Shown piece after piece: positions 24,245 through 35,300 of a DNA stretch of 64,000 bases. Positions within the stretch are counted from its first letter, which is position 1. Each line of letters begins with the position of its first letter. This stretch comes from a virus (lineage: Duplodnaviria; Caudoviricetes): positions 24,851 through 88,850 of the IMG/VR virus record IMGVR_UViG_3300032320_002249. The stretch is one strand, 5' to 3'. The notes under the pieces are model-generated. The model worked only from the letters and a program-made list of their open reading frames with translations. It ran no database searches and had not been told where the DNA came from. Made by a program: the position numbers and the translations under genes.

Positions 24245-24449
24245 GAAAGAAAAAATTTATCACATTTATCTAAGAAATAAATGTATATTTTTCAACCTTA
24301 GTAGAGATCAATTTAAACACATATGGGAATCCTATAAAAGACTTCTTAAAATAAATCCCAGGCCCTTTGAGGATAGTGATTTAACCTATGAAGAGATTCC
24401 ATTTGACAAAACTGACCTCTATACATATTATAGTACAGGAAACATTTGA
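24237..24449 (+). CDS. Conserved cyanophage hypothetical protein
   Basis: YHIYL..KC.F..L...F...W...LTYEE pattern. Confidence 0.75.
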   Translation: MDEKEKIYHIYLRNKCIFFNLSRDQFKHIWESYKRLLKINPRPFEDSDLTYEEIPFDKTDLYTYYSTGNI

Positions 24450-24458
24450 ATTAAATTT

Positions 24459-25349
24459 ATGGCTAAAGGATTTACTGTTAAAACAGCTGAACAACCTGCT
24501 CCAAAATTAGAGTGGGACTATGAAAGTATTAAAAAAAGAATGCGTGGTAAGGTAATTGTATTCTGTTTACCAGGAAGAGGATGTTCATATACTTTTATGA
24601 AGGCATTTGTACAATTATGCTTTGACCTTGTGAATAATCAGATGGGATTTGTTATTTCCCAGGATTATTCATCAATGGTCAATTTTGCTCGTTGTAAGTG
24701 TCTAGGGGCTAATGTTCTCAATGGACCGGATCAACTACCTTTCGATGGTAAAATAAACTATGACTATCAAATGTGGATTGATAGTGACATTGTATTCAAT
24801 ACCGAAAAATTCTGGCAACTATGCGACCTTGCAATTCCAGAAGATGCAGTTACATATGAACAAAAGCCTCATCTGAATGAGAATGGTGAACAACTCTATA
24901 CCACTGATCAAAATGGAAACACTGTTCCTGCGATTCAACTCATTCAGCACATTGACAATACAAAGACCAATCCTATTGCATCTGGATGGTATTGTACTGA
25001 GGATGGTATGACAACCTCATGTGCTCATTGGAGAACCGAGGAAGAATTTAGAAAGAACAGGGGTGTTATGAATCATGAGACCCTTGAATCAATTGAAAAG
25101 AGAAGAAAGCCCTTTTCGGTTGATTATGTTGGATTTGGTTGGGTTTTGATTCAGAAGGGTGTTTTTGAGCATCCAGAGATGAAATACCCCTGGTTTGCAC
25201 CCCAGATGCAGGTATTTGAAAGTGGTGAAGTTCAGGATATGTGTGGAGAAGATGTTTCATTCTGTCTTGAGGCTAAGAAGAAATGTGGATTCGATATTCT
25301 TGTCGATCCTAGAATTAGAGTTGGACACGAAAAGACCAGAATCATCTGA
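24459..25349 (+). CDS. Glycosyltransferase-like (GT-A fold) cyanophage core protein
   Basis: VFCLPGRGCSY, SSMVNFARCKCLGANV, WIDSD (DxD), VDYVGFGWVLI, GEDVSFC and VGHEK motifs. Confidence 0.8.
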   Translation: MAKGFTVKTAEQPAPKLEWDYESIKKRMRGKVIVFCLPGRGCSYTFMKAFVQLCFDLVNNQMGFVISQDYSSMVNFARCKCLGANVLNGPDQLPFDGKINYDYQMWIDSDIVFNTEKFWQLCDLAIPEDAVTYEQKPHLNENGEQLYTTDQNGNTVPAIQLIQHIDNTKTNPIASGWYCTEDGMTTSCAHWRTEEEFRKNRGVMNHETLESIEKRRKPFSVDYVGFGWVLIQKGVFEHPEMKYPWFAPQMQVFESGEVQDMCGEDVSFCLEAKKKCGFDILVDPRIRVGHEKTRII

Positions 25350-25543
25350 TGGCCTATACAATACTCTATGAGAACCAGACCCTTGCTTCTAACCTATCTA
25401 AAGACGAGTGCTTTGATAGGTTAGAAGACCTGGCCCAGGAATACTATAAGGATAAGAAATGGGATCCTTCTAAAATTGGGGTTAGGTGGACACCTGATGA
25501 ACTGTCCACAGATGGGGGTCCGGTCCCTGACCAGGGATTATAA
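25349..25543 (+). CDS. Conserved cyanophage hypothetical protein
   Basis: Coupled ORF with L...E.FD.LEDLAQEYY. Confidence 0.7.
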   Translation: MAYTILYENQTLASNLSKDECFDRLEDLAQEYYKDKKWDPSKIGVRWTPDELSTDGGPVPDQGL

Positions 25544-25572
25544 TGATCAGGTAAACATTGAGATTACTCATC

Positions 25573-25716
25573 ATGGCAGGTCGCAAATCTTTCACCGCTA
25601 AGGTTGAAATTGTTTCTATTCCTAAAAAGTCCCGTCAGGGTCTTGGCAAGCACACTCATTATGGGTCTACTTCCCGTAATGGTCGTAAGAAAAAATATCG
25701 CGGACAAGGACACTAA
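25573..25716 (+). CDS. Small basic conserved cyanophage protein (47 aa)
   Basis: Manual ORF ...PKKSRQGLGKHTHYGSTSRNGRKKKYRGQGH; missed by the ORF track. Confidence 0.8.
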   Translation: MAGRKSFTAKVEIVSIPKKSRQGLGKHTHYGSTSRNGRKKKYRGQGH

Positions 25717-26313
25717 ATGAATCTATCGGTATCAGCAGAATTTCACGGAATACATCCAGAGGACTTATTCATTTATAATAAGCTCCAACTATCATGTCTA
25801 CTGGAGTATAACTGTGGTCCTGCTGGTGCCGAGGTTCCTAGTCCTGGTCACTACATAATAAGACCCGCAATTAATTTTCTTGGAATGGGAAGATATTCTA
25901 GGATAGATTATCTAGAAAAAAGCACCGAACATCTTCATCCAGGTGAGTTTTGGTGTGAGATCTTTACAGGAGATCATTTATCAATAGATTATCAAAACAA
26001 AATTCCAGCATTGTCTGTCCTTGGTCACAGAGATCCCCAATCACCACTCTACAAGTGGTCTAAATGGGAAAAAACAGACAAAACAATCGAATTTCCAAAA
26101 ATTCTAAACAATCTCAAGGGCAACTATGAGTGGATAAATTGCGAATTTATAGGAAATAACCTGATTGAGGTTCACTGTAGACAAAATCCCGATTTTCGCT
26201 ATGGAAATAATACTGCAATTCCTAGTTGGGGCGATGAGAACCTAGAAATAAATCAGGGTTACAAGTTCGTTAGGGATCCAGACTACCTGAGAGAAGGATT
26301 CTGGATTAAATAA
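25717..26313 (+). CDS. Conserved phage protein, possible ATP-grasp fold
   Basis: IIRPAINFLGMG, WCEIFTGDHLSIDY and NCEFIGNNLIEVHCR parallel the ATP-grasp KP..G..G.G / E.fi.G.E.svd / iEiN.R motifs. Confidence 0.55.
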   Translation: MNLSVSAEFHGIHPEDLFIYNKLQLSCLLEYNCGPAGAEVPSPGHYIIRPAINFLGMGRYSRIDYLEKSTEHLHPGEFWCEIFTGDHLSIDYQNKIPALSVLGHRDPQSPLYKWSKWEKTDKTIEFPKILNNLKGNYEWINCEFIGNNLIEVHCRQNPDFRYGNNTAIPSWGDENLEINQGYKFVRDPDYLREGFWIK

Positions 26314-26340
26314 ATATAATGTTATCGGAGATTTTATGAA

Positions 26341-26682
26341 TTGGAAAACTTTTCAATGGGGCGACACCTTCTTCTAGAGGTGTACGGAGTAGAATTTAAT
26401 TTACTTAATGAAGAATTACCTCTTATCAATGTCATAACCAGGGCAATTATAAGAGCAAATATGACAATCCTAAACATATATTGTCATAAATTTAACCCAC
26501 AGGGTCTTACTATTGTAATAGCACTTTCGGAAAGTCATTTTTCATGCCACACCTGGCCAGAAAAAGGAACCATTGCCGTTGATGCCTATACTTGCGGGGA
26601 GGGCCAACCAGAATTAATCATTGAGGACCTTTTAAACTACTTTAAGTCTAAACAATATAATATAAGGGAAATTTCTCGATAA
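26341..26682 (+). CDS. speD: S-adenosylmethionine decarboxylase proenzyme
   Basis: GRHLLLE, HKFNPQGLT, LSESHFSCHTWPE (self-cleavage ES site), DAYTCG. Confidence 0.92.
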   Translation: MENFSMGRHLLLEVYGVEFNLLNEELPLINVITRAIIRANMTILNIYCHKFNPQGLTIVIALSESHFSCHTWPEKGTIAVDAYTCGEGQPELIIEDLLNYFKSKQYNIREISR

Positions 26683-26748
26683 CATACCGTGTGCGATAGA
26701 ACCGCACAAAAATAAAAGTTCTGTTTTTTAACTAAAACAGGAGACACA

Positions 26749-26943
26749 ATGGCTAAATCACCCGTAGATAGAGATAGGGACTTCATGTATCAAAACTGGG
26801 GAACTACCCGTCTTGTTACAGACTATGTTCCAGAACAACCAAAAAAGAAACAAATCATCCAGGAAATCATGCATGATGACCTAGAAGACAAGGAAATGCT
26901 TAGAGAAGATTGGAATTACGGTATCGAACCTTCTTATAAGTAA
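26749..26943 (+). CDS. Conserved cyanophage hypothetical protein
   Basis: PVDRDRDFMYQNWGTTRLVTDY motif; AGGAG RBS. Confidence 0.75.
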   Translation: MAKSPVDRDRDFMYQNWGTTRLVTDYVPEQPKKKQIIQEIMHDDLEDKEMLREDWNYGIEPSYK

Positions 26944-26959
26944 ATAAAATACTCTATCT

Positions 26960-26981
26960 GCCCCTTACCAGGGGCTTTTTT
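26960..26981 (+). terminator. Intrinsic terminator
   Basis: GCCCCT-TACC-AGGGGC-TTTTTT. Confidence 0.85.
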
Positions 26982-27014
26982 GTATCATAAATAAGTTGAG
27001 ATATACATATATTA

Positions 27015-27416
27015 ATGTCAGTAACTAGAATATCTCGTTCATTCAAAGATATAAGCCTTTCCTTTGTTCCTCATCCAGTAACAAAGGACATTGGTGTATT
27101 GAGGAATGAGAATGCTATTATGAGATCCGTTAGAAATATTATAGAAACATCCTTTACTGAGAGATTTTTTAATAGTATTTTTGGTTCTGCAGTAAAGTCA
27201 ACAATTTTTGAAAATGCAGATGTTGACAATGCTAATGCCCTAGAAAGTCAAATTTATTATGCAATAAGAAACTATGAGCCAAGGGTTACCAACATTAATG
27301 TTTTTGTAAATCCTGAGCCAGATCGAAATGCATATGACATAACTATAAATTATGAAATAGTCGGACAGGACTTACCGTTTCAACAATTTACATTTATATT
27401 AGAGGCCACAAGGTAA
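27015..27416 (+). CDS. gp25: Baseplate wedge subunit gp25
   Basis: FKDISLSF..HPVT.D, AIMRSVRNI, ERFFN..FGS, NYEPRV; late promoter CATAAATA upstream. Confidence 0.92.
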   Translation: MSVTRISRSFKDISLSFVPHPVTKDIGVLRNENAIMRSVRNIIETSFTERFFNSIFGSAVKSTIFENADVDNANALESQIYYAIRNYEPRVTNINVFVNPEPDRNAYDITINYEIVGQDLPFQQFTFILEATR

Positions 27417-27417
27417 C

Positions 27418-29319
27418 ATGCCTTTTACTAAATTCACTAATCTAGACTTTGATCAGATAAAAACCTCCATAAAAGATTATCTCAGAGCAAATTCCACCTT
27501 TACGGATTTTGACTTTGAGGGATCTAATTTTTCTGTACTGATCGATACCCTTGCCTATAATACCTACATAACAGCATTTAACTCTAACATGATAGTTAAT
27601 GAGTCCTTTTTGGACTCGGCAACCCTAAGAGAGAATGTTGTTTCCCTTGCAAGGCAAATTGGATATGTTCCAAGATCCAGAACCGCAGCAAAGGCAAATG
27701 TGAGCTTTAATATAGAAACCAACTCATCCGCAAAGTATTTGACCCTAAAAGCCGGTCTGGTTTGTGTTGGTCAGAATGATAACTCGGCATATATGTTCTC
27801 TGCAATAGAAAACATAACTGCCCCAGTAAATCAGGAAACTAATATTGCCCAATTTACAAATATTGAATTATATCAGGGAACCCTTTTAAAGAAACAATTT
27901 GTTGTAAATGGTTCCATAGATCAAAGATTTATTTTAGAAAACCCACACATAGATGCCTCTACTATTATAGTAAAAGTAAAGGAATCCGCAGATCCTGCAG
28001 AAGGTATTGAATATCAAAAAATAGATAATATTCTCAACATAAATTCCACTTCCAGAACATATTTGATTCAGGAAATAAAGGATGAAAAGTATGAAATAAT
28101 TTTTGGGGATGGGTACTTTGGTAAGAAATTAGAAAACGGGGCTATCATCACCGTAACCTATCTTATTACAGATGGAGAAGATGGTAACGGGGCGGCTAAT
28201 TTTACATATATTGGAAGTCTAGAGAATAATATAGTCCCAACAAGTCCTATAACAATCACAACAAATCAATCAGCAATGAATGGTGGTGAAATTGAATCAA
28301 TTGATTCTGTTAAGTACTTTGCCCCAAGATTGTATTCTTCTCAATATAGGGCCGTTACCACTAGGGACTATGAGGCAGTAATACAACAAATCTACCCAAA
28401 CACCGAATCGGTTTCCGTATTTGGAGGAGAAGAATTATCTCCACCTGAGTATGGAACCGTACTTATAAGCATCAAACCAAAGAACGGAACCTTTGTCTCA
28501 GAGTTTGATAAGCAACAAATTCTTTCAAAACTAAAAAATTATTCCATAACTGGTATCAATAAGAAAATTGTTGATCTCAAAATTCTTTATGTTGAATTAG
28601 ATTCTTCCGTTTATTATAATTCTAGTAAGGTCTCGAATGAGAATGATCTAAAGACCCAGGTTATTAACTCATTGAATCTATATTCCTCTTCATTAAATAT
28701 TAATAAATTTGGCGGTAGATTTAAATATAGTAAGGTATTACAAATTATTGATAATGTAGATGATGGAATCACATCTAATATAACAAAAGTAAGGATGAGA
28801 AGAGATCTTCTTGCCCTATTGAACACTTCTGCCCAATATGAGATTTGTTTTGGCAATGAATTCCACTTTAAGGCAGCAGGATATAATATAAAAAGCACTG
28901 GATTTACAATTCAAAATAGTACAGAACTAGTATATTTGACTGATACCCCTGATAAGGATTCTAGTGGAAACTTACTAGGAAATAAAATGGGAACCATATC
29001 AATAGTTACCCCAGTATCGGGAACCTCAGATGTTAGGGTTCTAATAAAATCGGCAGGTAGAGTTGACTATGCTTCTGGTGAGGTTACCTTAAATACTATT
29101 TCTATAACATCTACAGAACTTCCTAATAATATTATAGAAATACAAGCATATCCAGAATCTAATGATGTGATAGGTCTCAAGGATCTTTATTTAAGCTTTG
29201 ACATCTCAAAGAGCACTATAAATATGGTTAAAGATACTATTTCATCTGGAGAACAGATTTCTGGAGTTGGCTATCTAACAACTTCAAGTTATTCAAATGG
29301 TAAATTAAAGAGAGGATAA
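27418..29319 (+). CDS. gp6: Baseplate wedge subunit gp6
   Basis: LDFDQIKTSIKDYL, DFDFEGSNFSVLID, ESFLDSA.LRENVVSLA, YEIIFGDG, RAVT..DY. Confidence 0.95.
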   Translation: MPFTKFTNLDFDQIKTSIKDYLRANSTFTDFDFEGSNFSVLIDTLAYNTYITAFNSNMIVNESFLDSATLRENVVSLARQIGYVPRSRTAAKANVSFNIETNSSAKYLTLKAGLVCVGQNDNSAYMFSAIENITAPVNQETNIAQFTNIELYQGTLLKKQFVVNGSIDQRFILENPHIDASTIIVKVKESADPAEGIEYQKIDNILNINSTSRTYLIQEIKDEKYEIIFGDGYFGKKLENGAIITVTYLITDGEDGNGAANFTYIGSLENNIVPTSPITITTNQSAMNGGEIESIDSVKYFAPRLYSSQYRAVTTRDYEAVIQQIYPNTESVSVFGGEELSPPEYGTVLISIKPKNGTFVSEFDKQQILSKLKNYSITGINKKIVDLKILYVELDSSVYYNSSKVSNENDLKTQVINSLNLYSSSLNINKFGGRFKYSKVLQIIDNVDDGITSNITKVRMRRDLLALLNTSAQYEICFGNEFHFKAAGYNIKSTGFTIQNSTELVYLTDTPDKDSSGNLLGNKMGTISIVTPVSGTSDVRVLIKSAGRVDYASGEVTLNTISITSTELPNNIIEIQAYPESNDVIGLKDLYLSFDISKSTINMVKDTISSGEQISGVGYLTTSSYSNGKLKRG

Positions 29320-29321
29320 AA

Positions 29322-32300
29322 ATGATCTCAACTGGGTTTGAACAAAAAGTAAAAATTCAACAAATAATAGAAAGTCAATTTCCAGAATTTGTAGTAACAG
29401 AGAGTCCAAATGCTGTTGAATTTTTAAGGCAATATTATATTTCCCAGGAGTATCAGAGTGGTCCAATTGATCTTGCCGATAATTTAGATCAGTACTTAAA
29501 ACTAGACAATATAACACCAGAAGTTATTATTGGAGAAACAGTTTTATCCCAGTCAATAACAAGTTCTTCTAGTGTAATTCAGGTTGGAACAACAAAAGGA
29601 TTTCCAAATGAATACGGATTGTTAAAAATAGATGATGAGATTATAACTTATACAGGAATAACCACTAATACATTTACAGGATGTATTAGGGGATTCAGTG
29701 GCATTTCAAGCTATAAGTCTCCATCAAATCCAGGAGAATTAGTATTTGAGAGCACCGAGGCATCAGCTCACTCTCAAAATAGTAAAGTTTATAATTTAAG
29801 CTCCTTATTCTTAAAAGAATTTTACAAAAAAATTAAATATACTCTTACTCCAGGGTTTGAAAACATCGACTTAGTACCTCAATTGAATGTAAACACATTC
29901 ATTAAAGAGTCAAAGAGTTTTTATCGTTCAAAAGGGACCGAAGAATCCTTTAAAATTCTTTTCAGAGTTCTCTTTGGAATTGATCCAAAGGTAGTAGATT
30001 TAGAGCAATTCTTAATAAAGCCATCATCTGCCGGGTATTTAAGAAGAAATATTCTTTTTGCAGAAAGAATCTCTGGAGATCCTGCAAAATTGGCAGGTCA
30101 AACACTATATAAATCAAATAATTTATCTGCCCAGGTAACTATTTCTGAGGTGGAAATTTTAACAAGAAATAATAAAACCTATTATAAGCTATATGCCTTC
30201 ATAGGATATGATGGCGAAGAATCCTTGTCGCAAGAATTTTCTGCAACAGGAAAAACAAAGGTTGTTCAGTCTGTTTCTTCTAATTCATCCACAATTACTG
30301 TTGATTCCACTATAGGATTTGCCTATTCTGGAAAAATTTCTTATGGTTTAACCATAATCTCATACACCTCAAAAAGTTTAAATCAATTTTTTGGATGTTC
30401 AGGAATACCTACCCTTGGATTGAATACTGCAGACACCCTAATATCAACAGATACTGCTTTTGGTTATGAAAATGGGGACATAACAAAGAAAGTAGAATTG
30501 CGTCTTTGTTCTGTAATTTCTAAATTTGTTCCAACCTTAAATAACTATCTTTTTAACGAAAATGATGAGATAAAAATAAAAAATTTAGGTAAATCCTTGT
30601 ATGATTCTGGTGAAAGTGACTATGATAAGGTCTTCTCTTCTTCTTGGATATACAATACTTGCAATAGATTTTTTATCAAATCTATAAACGGTTCTTCCTT
30701 TACATTATACAATCCATTAGAAAAGTATGACTTAACTATAGGAGATCGTGTTGACATAGTTTCTAGAGGATCTACCCAAATTATCGTAGAAAATGCCCTA
30801 GTTTCTTCAATATCACCAGACAAGTTAGTAGTTGGACTTACATATTCTGTTAATGCGGTTTTTGCAACAGAACAAGAATATGACATAAGAAGAAAGCATG
30901 TATTTGCCAGCAGCTCTGGTGAACCTATTTTGCAAGGAAACTCAACTGTATCTGCAAATATTCAAAATGTCTATCTTGACAATGAAAACTTTTATGTTGC
31001 ATCTAATTCTTTACCATCTTCTGAAATAACAACAAATGTTTCAAAAGTAGTTTTTGATAATGAATTAGACTATCAAATTATAGACTCTAAAATAATTTGC
31101 GAAAATCCTATTCCATTTTTAAGTGGAGATAGGGTGTATTATACTCATACAGGAACACCTATAAATGGTTTGGCAGAAGGATTTTATTATGTTTATGTTG
31201 TAGATTCTTACAAAAAAGAGCTTAGACTTTATTATTCTAATTTATTGATTGGATCTAGCAATTATATCTCTATCTCAAAAAATTCCAATGGGGTTCATTC
31301 CTTCAAACTATACAATCAAAAAAATAATTATATTGCCCCACAAAAGTTATTAAAGAAGTTCTCTAGAACTCAAAATATTAAGAATAGTATAACACCAGAT
31401 ACAACTCCAGGTACTATTGGAATGATGATTGATGGCGTTGAAATATTAAACTATAAATCTAATGATAAAGTTTACTATGGACCTCTTGATAAAATCAATG
31501 TAATAAATGGTGGAAGTGGCTATGACATTATTAGTCCTCCAATTATAGAAATTGGCGGACCTTCTGTAGGAAATACTGCATACTGTCAACCAATCTTAAG
31601 AGGAAATATTAAAAATGTATTGGTAGATCCTCAGAATTTTGATATAGAAAAAGTTCTTTCAATTTCCGTGACTGGTGGAAACGGATCTAGTGCAATTTTA
31701 GATGCAATTGTTGACAAACAATATAGAGAAGTATCTTTTGATGCTAGAATAACCAGTGCTGGTGGTGGAGTGGGAGTAACTTCCGAAGCTACCCCAACAA
31801 GTGATGAAGAGACAATCACATTTTTAGAAGACCATAATTTTAGAAACGGCGAAGCAATTGTTTATAATTCTAATGGAAATGTTCCTCTTGGAGTATCTAC
31901 ATTCAAGGGATCAAATTCAATAGAAAATAATAATTTAGTAAACGGGGTAGTATATTACTCTTCTTTTGTTAATAGCAAAACAATAAAATTATACCCAACA
32001 GAAGAAGATTACATTGCAGGAATCAATACTGTAGGATTTAGTACATTTAACACTAGAGGAATTCATAAATTTAGAACTTTTCTACCAAAAAATAGACTAA
32101 AAGATATAAAAGTAGTAAATCCTGGCTTTAATTATGAAAATAGATTGTTGAGAGTGTCGCCATCTGGCATTTCAACAACAAACAATTTAATTGAATACAA
32201 GAATCATGGATTTAGTTCCGGTGAAAAGGTCATCTATTCATCAACTGGAACCATTGCGTCTCCACTTGTCAATCAAAATGAATACATCATCATCAAAATA

Positions 32301-35300
32301 AGTGATGATGCATTTAGAGTTTGCAGTGGCCTCGATAATTATATAAGAAATGACTATGTAAAACTATCTTCAATAGGTTCGGGCTATCATACATTCAAAT
32401 ATCCTGAAATTCAGGTAAATGTTCTTGTTCAGCACGAAAACGGAGTGGGAATAATTACCGCTACACCGATTGTTAGAGGTGAAATTGTAGGTGCTTATTT
32501 GTATGTAGGTGGTAGTAACTACGGATCAGTTAATATAAACACCCATAAAAAGCCAACTATTACCGTAAAAAGAGGTAAAAATGCCCAATTAAAGGCAAAT
32601 ATAATAGGTGGAAAGATAGTAGATGTTCAAATACTCAATAAGGGTCAGGACTATTATACTATTCCAGATCTAGTTGTGGAAGGTGCTGGAAGTGGTGCAA
32701 AATTAAGGGCTGTAATAAATCAAGGAAAGATTGAAAACATTATTATTATAGATTCTGGTGCATATTACGATAGTAATACTAAAATAACCTTAGTTGAACC
32801 TGGAATTGGTGTAAAATTAGACCCAGAAGTAAGATCCTTAACTGTAAATTACTGTTATAACAATAATGGCGATATTTTACAAGATAGCGATGAGAATTTA
32901 AAGTATAATAGATTATCATATGATGTTGATTTATTCAATGAAAGTCCTAATTCTCATTCTAGTATAATAGGATGGGCTTATGATGGGAATCCAATTTACG
33001 GACCATATGGATATTCTACAGCATTTTCAACATTACAATTAAAAAAATTAAATTCTGGATATACTTTAGACTCATCTTCTGTGACCAACAGACCATCAAA
33101 CTATCCAGACGGATTTTTTGTAGAAGATTATAAATTCGTTGGGGGCGACTTAGATGAATATAATGGTAGATATTGCGTAACCCCAGAATTTAAAAATGGT
33201 GTTTATGCATATTTTGCTGCTATTGATAGTCAAAATCAGCCAATTTTCCCATATTTTATAGGAAACAAGTACCGTTCTAACCTTATAAATCAAGCTGGCT
33301 TGAATCAAGAATTTAATTTTGTAAATTCTGATTTGATACGAAATACTCATCCTTATGGGGTAGACAATGAATATGAGTACAATGAGTTTATTCAAGAAAC
33401 TAATAAATTTATTGCTCAAAATTCTACAATTAAATCTACTTCTACAGGCTCTATAGACAATATTAAAATTGTTTCTAGAGGAGATAATTATAAAGTCGGA
33501 GACCTAATAAAATTCGAAGATATATCTTCTGGATCAGCTAGTGCTTATGTTTCTTATGTAAATGGTAAGGAAGTTGAAAAAATAGAAACAACTGCGAAAA
33601 TCTATGATAATTCCGTTTTAATATGGAAGCCTGATGGAATTTTTGTAAGAACATCTACTCCTCATTTATTCAATGATAATGATCGCATTATTGTTTCTGG
33701 AGTATCTACTTATATTCCAAAACTAACAAAATATCAAAAAATAAACAATAAAACCGAGTCTACTATATTATTAAAGAACGTATCTAGCTCAGCGGGTACT
33801 ACGGACATTTATGTGTCTTCTATTCTACCTTCAGTATCAGCTGGTTCTTCAATCAAGTTAGAGAATGAAGTGGCAACTGTTTTAGCCGTATATCCAGAAA
33901 AATCTGTAATGAGAATTCAAAGATACTCTGGAGCAGTAGGACATACTACTTCATCTCAGGTAACTCTTTTAAATGATTCTTTTACTATTCCATTAACAAC
34001 AAAAAGTTTTACTTCCTACTTAGATTCAACAGTATATTTTAATCCATTTAATTCTGTAGGATTTGGAACAACTGTAGGAATTTCATCAAGTTTAATTTAT
34101 TCTATTGGTGAATCACAGAGTAATATTTCTGTTCCACATGGTAGCATATATATTCCTAATCACCAATTTAACAACAATGAGAAAGTTGCTTTAACTATTC
34201 CAGTTGGAGGAACCCTAGTTGTATATGAAGAAGGTAAGGGCCAATACAACATTCCAAATACATTGTATGTTACAAATAAATCTAAAGATTTTATAGGAAT
34301 AAAAACAACAGTTTCTGGTAATGAAGTATTCTTTGCAAGTAGTTCTTTAAATTCTAATTTATATAAATTAAAAACAGATAGAACCAAGGTATATGGAACT
34401 GTTGAACAATTATACAGTACCATCACCACCATTGAATCCCATCAATTACAAAAAAATGATGTTATTAAATTAGAAGTAAATCCAAATACCACCGTGGGTA
34501 TTGGAACTTCTACAAAAATTAATCTATCATATAACTCAACATTAGATAAAATATTAGCAAATAAGGTTTATTTTAGTAATTCTGGAGTTTCTACTTCATC
34601 TAATTCTATTAATATTCCTAACCATCAGTTTAATTCGGGAGATAAGGTTTACTATAATTCCGATAATACTGTAATGTCTGGAGTTTCTACCGGGGTTTAT
34701 TATGTGTATGTTTCAAGTGAAAATCTCATAAAATTGTGTAAAACCTATGTAGATTCAGCATCTATTCCTACAAATGAGGTATCTTTATTATCCCAAGGAG
34801 GCTCATTGCAGCATTTGACATTGGTATCACCTAGAATCAATGTATTTGGAAAAAATAGTCTGAAGTTCGATCTTAGCGATGCTAGTCTTGCTAATAAAGA
34901 ATTAAAGTTCTTCCTAGATAGAGAGTATAAAAACGAATTTGTATCGGTAGGATCATCTTCTAGTACTAATATCTTGAGTATTGGAACTATAGGTGTTAGC
35001 AATAATGCATCTGTTACTGTTTTATATAATGAAAATAATCCACCTGTACTTTACTATACTCTTAAAAAGTCGGATGGCTCTCTAGTTAGAGATATAGATT
35101 TAATAGATTACAACGAAATTTGCTATGAGAAAAGTTTTTATAATGGTTTTTACGATGTATTAAGTACTACAACAAATACTTTCTCTATCAATTTGTTGAA
35201 TTATCCAGAATCATTTAACTACAATTCTACAAATTCTGAGATTACATATTCAACAAAGTCATTGATTGCAACTGGTGGAATTAGTGACACCATGTTCACA

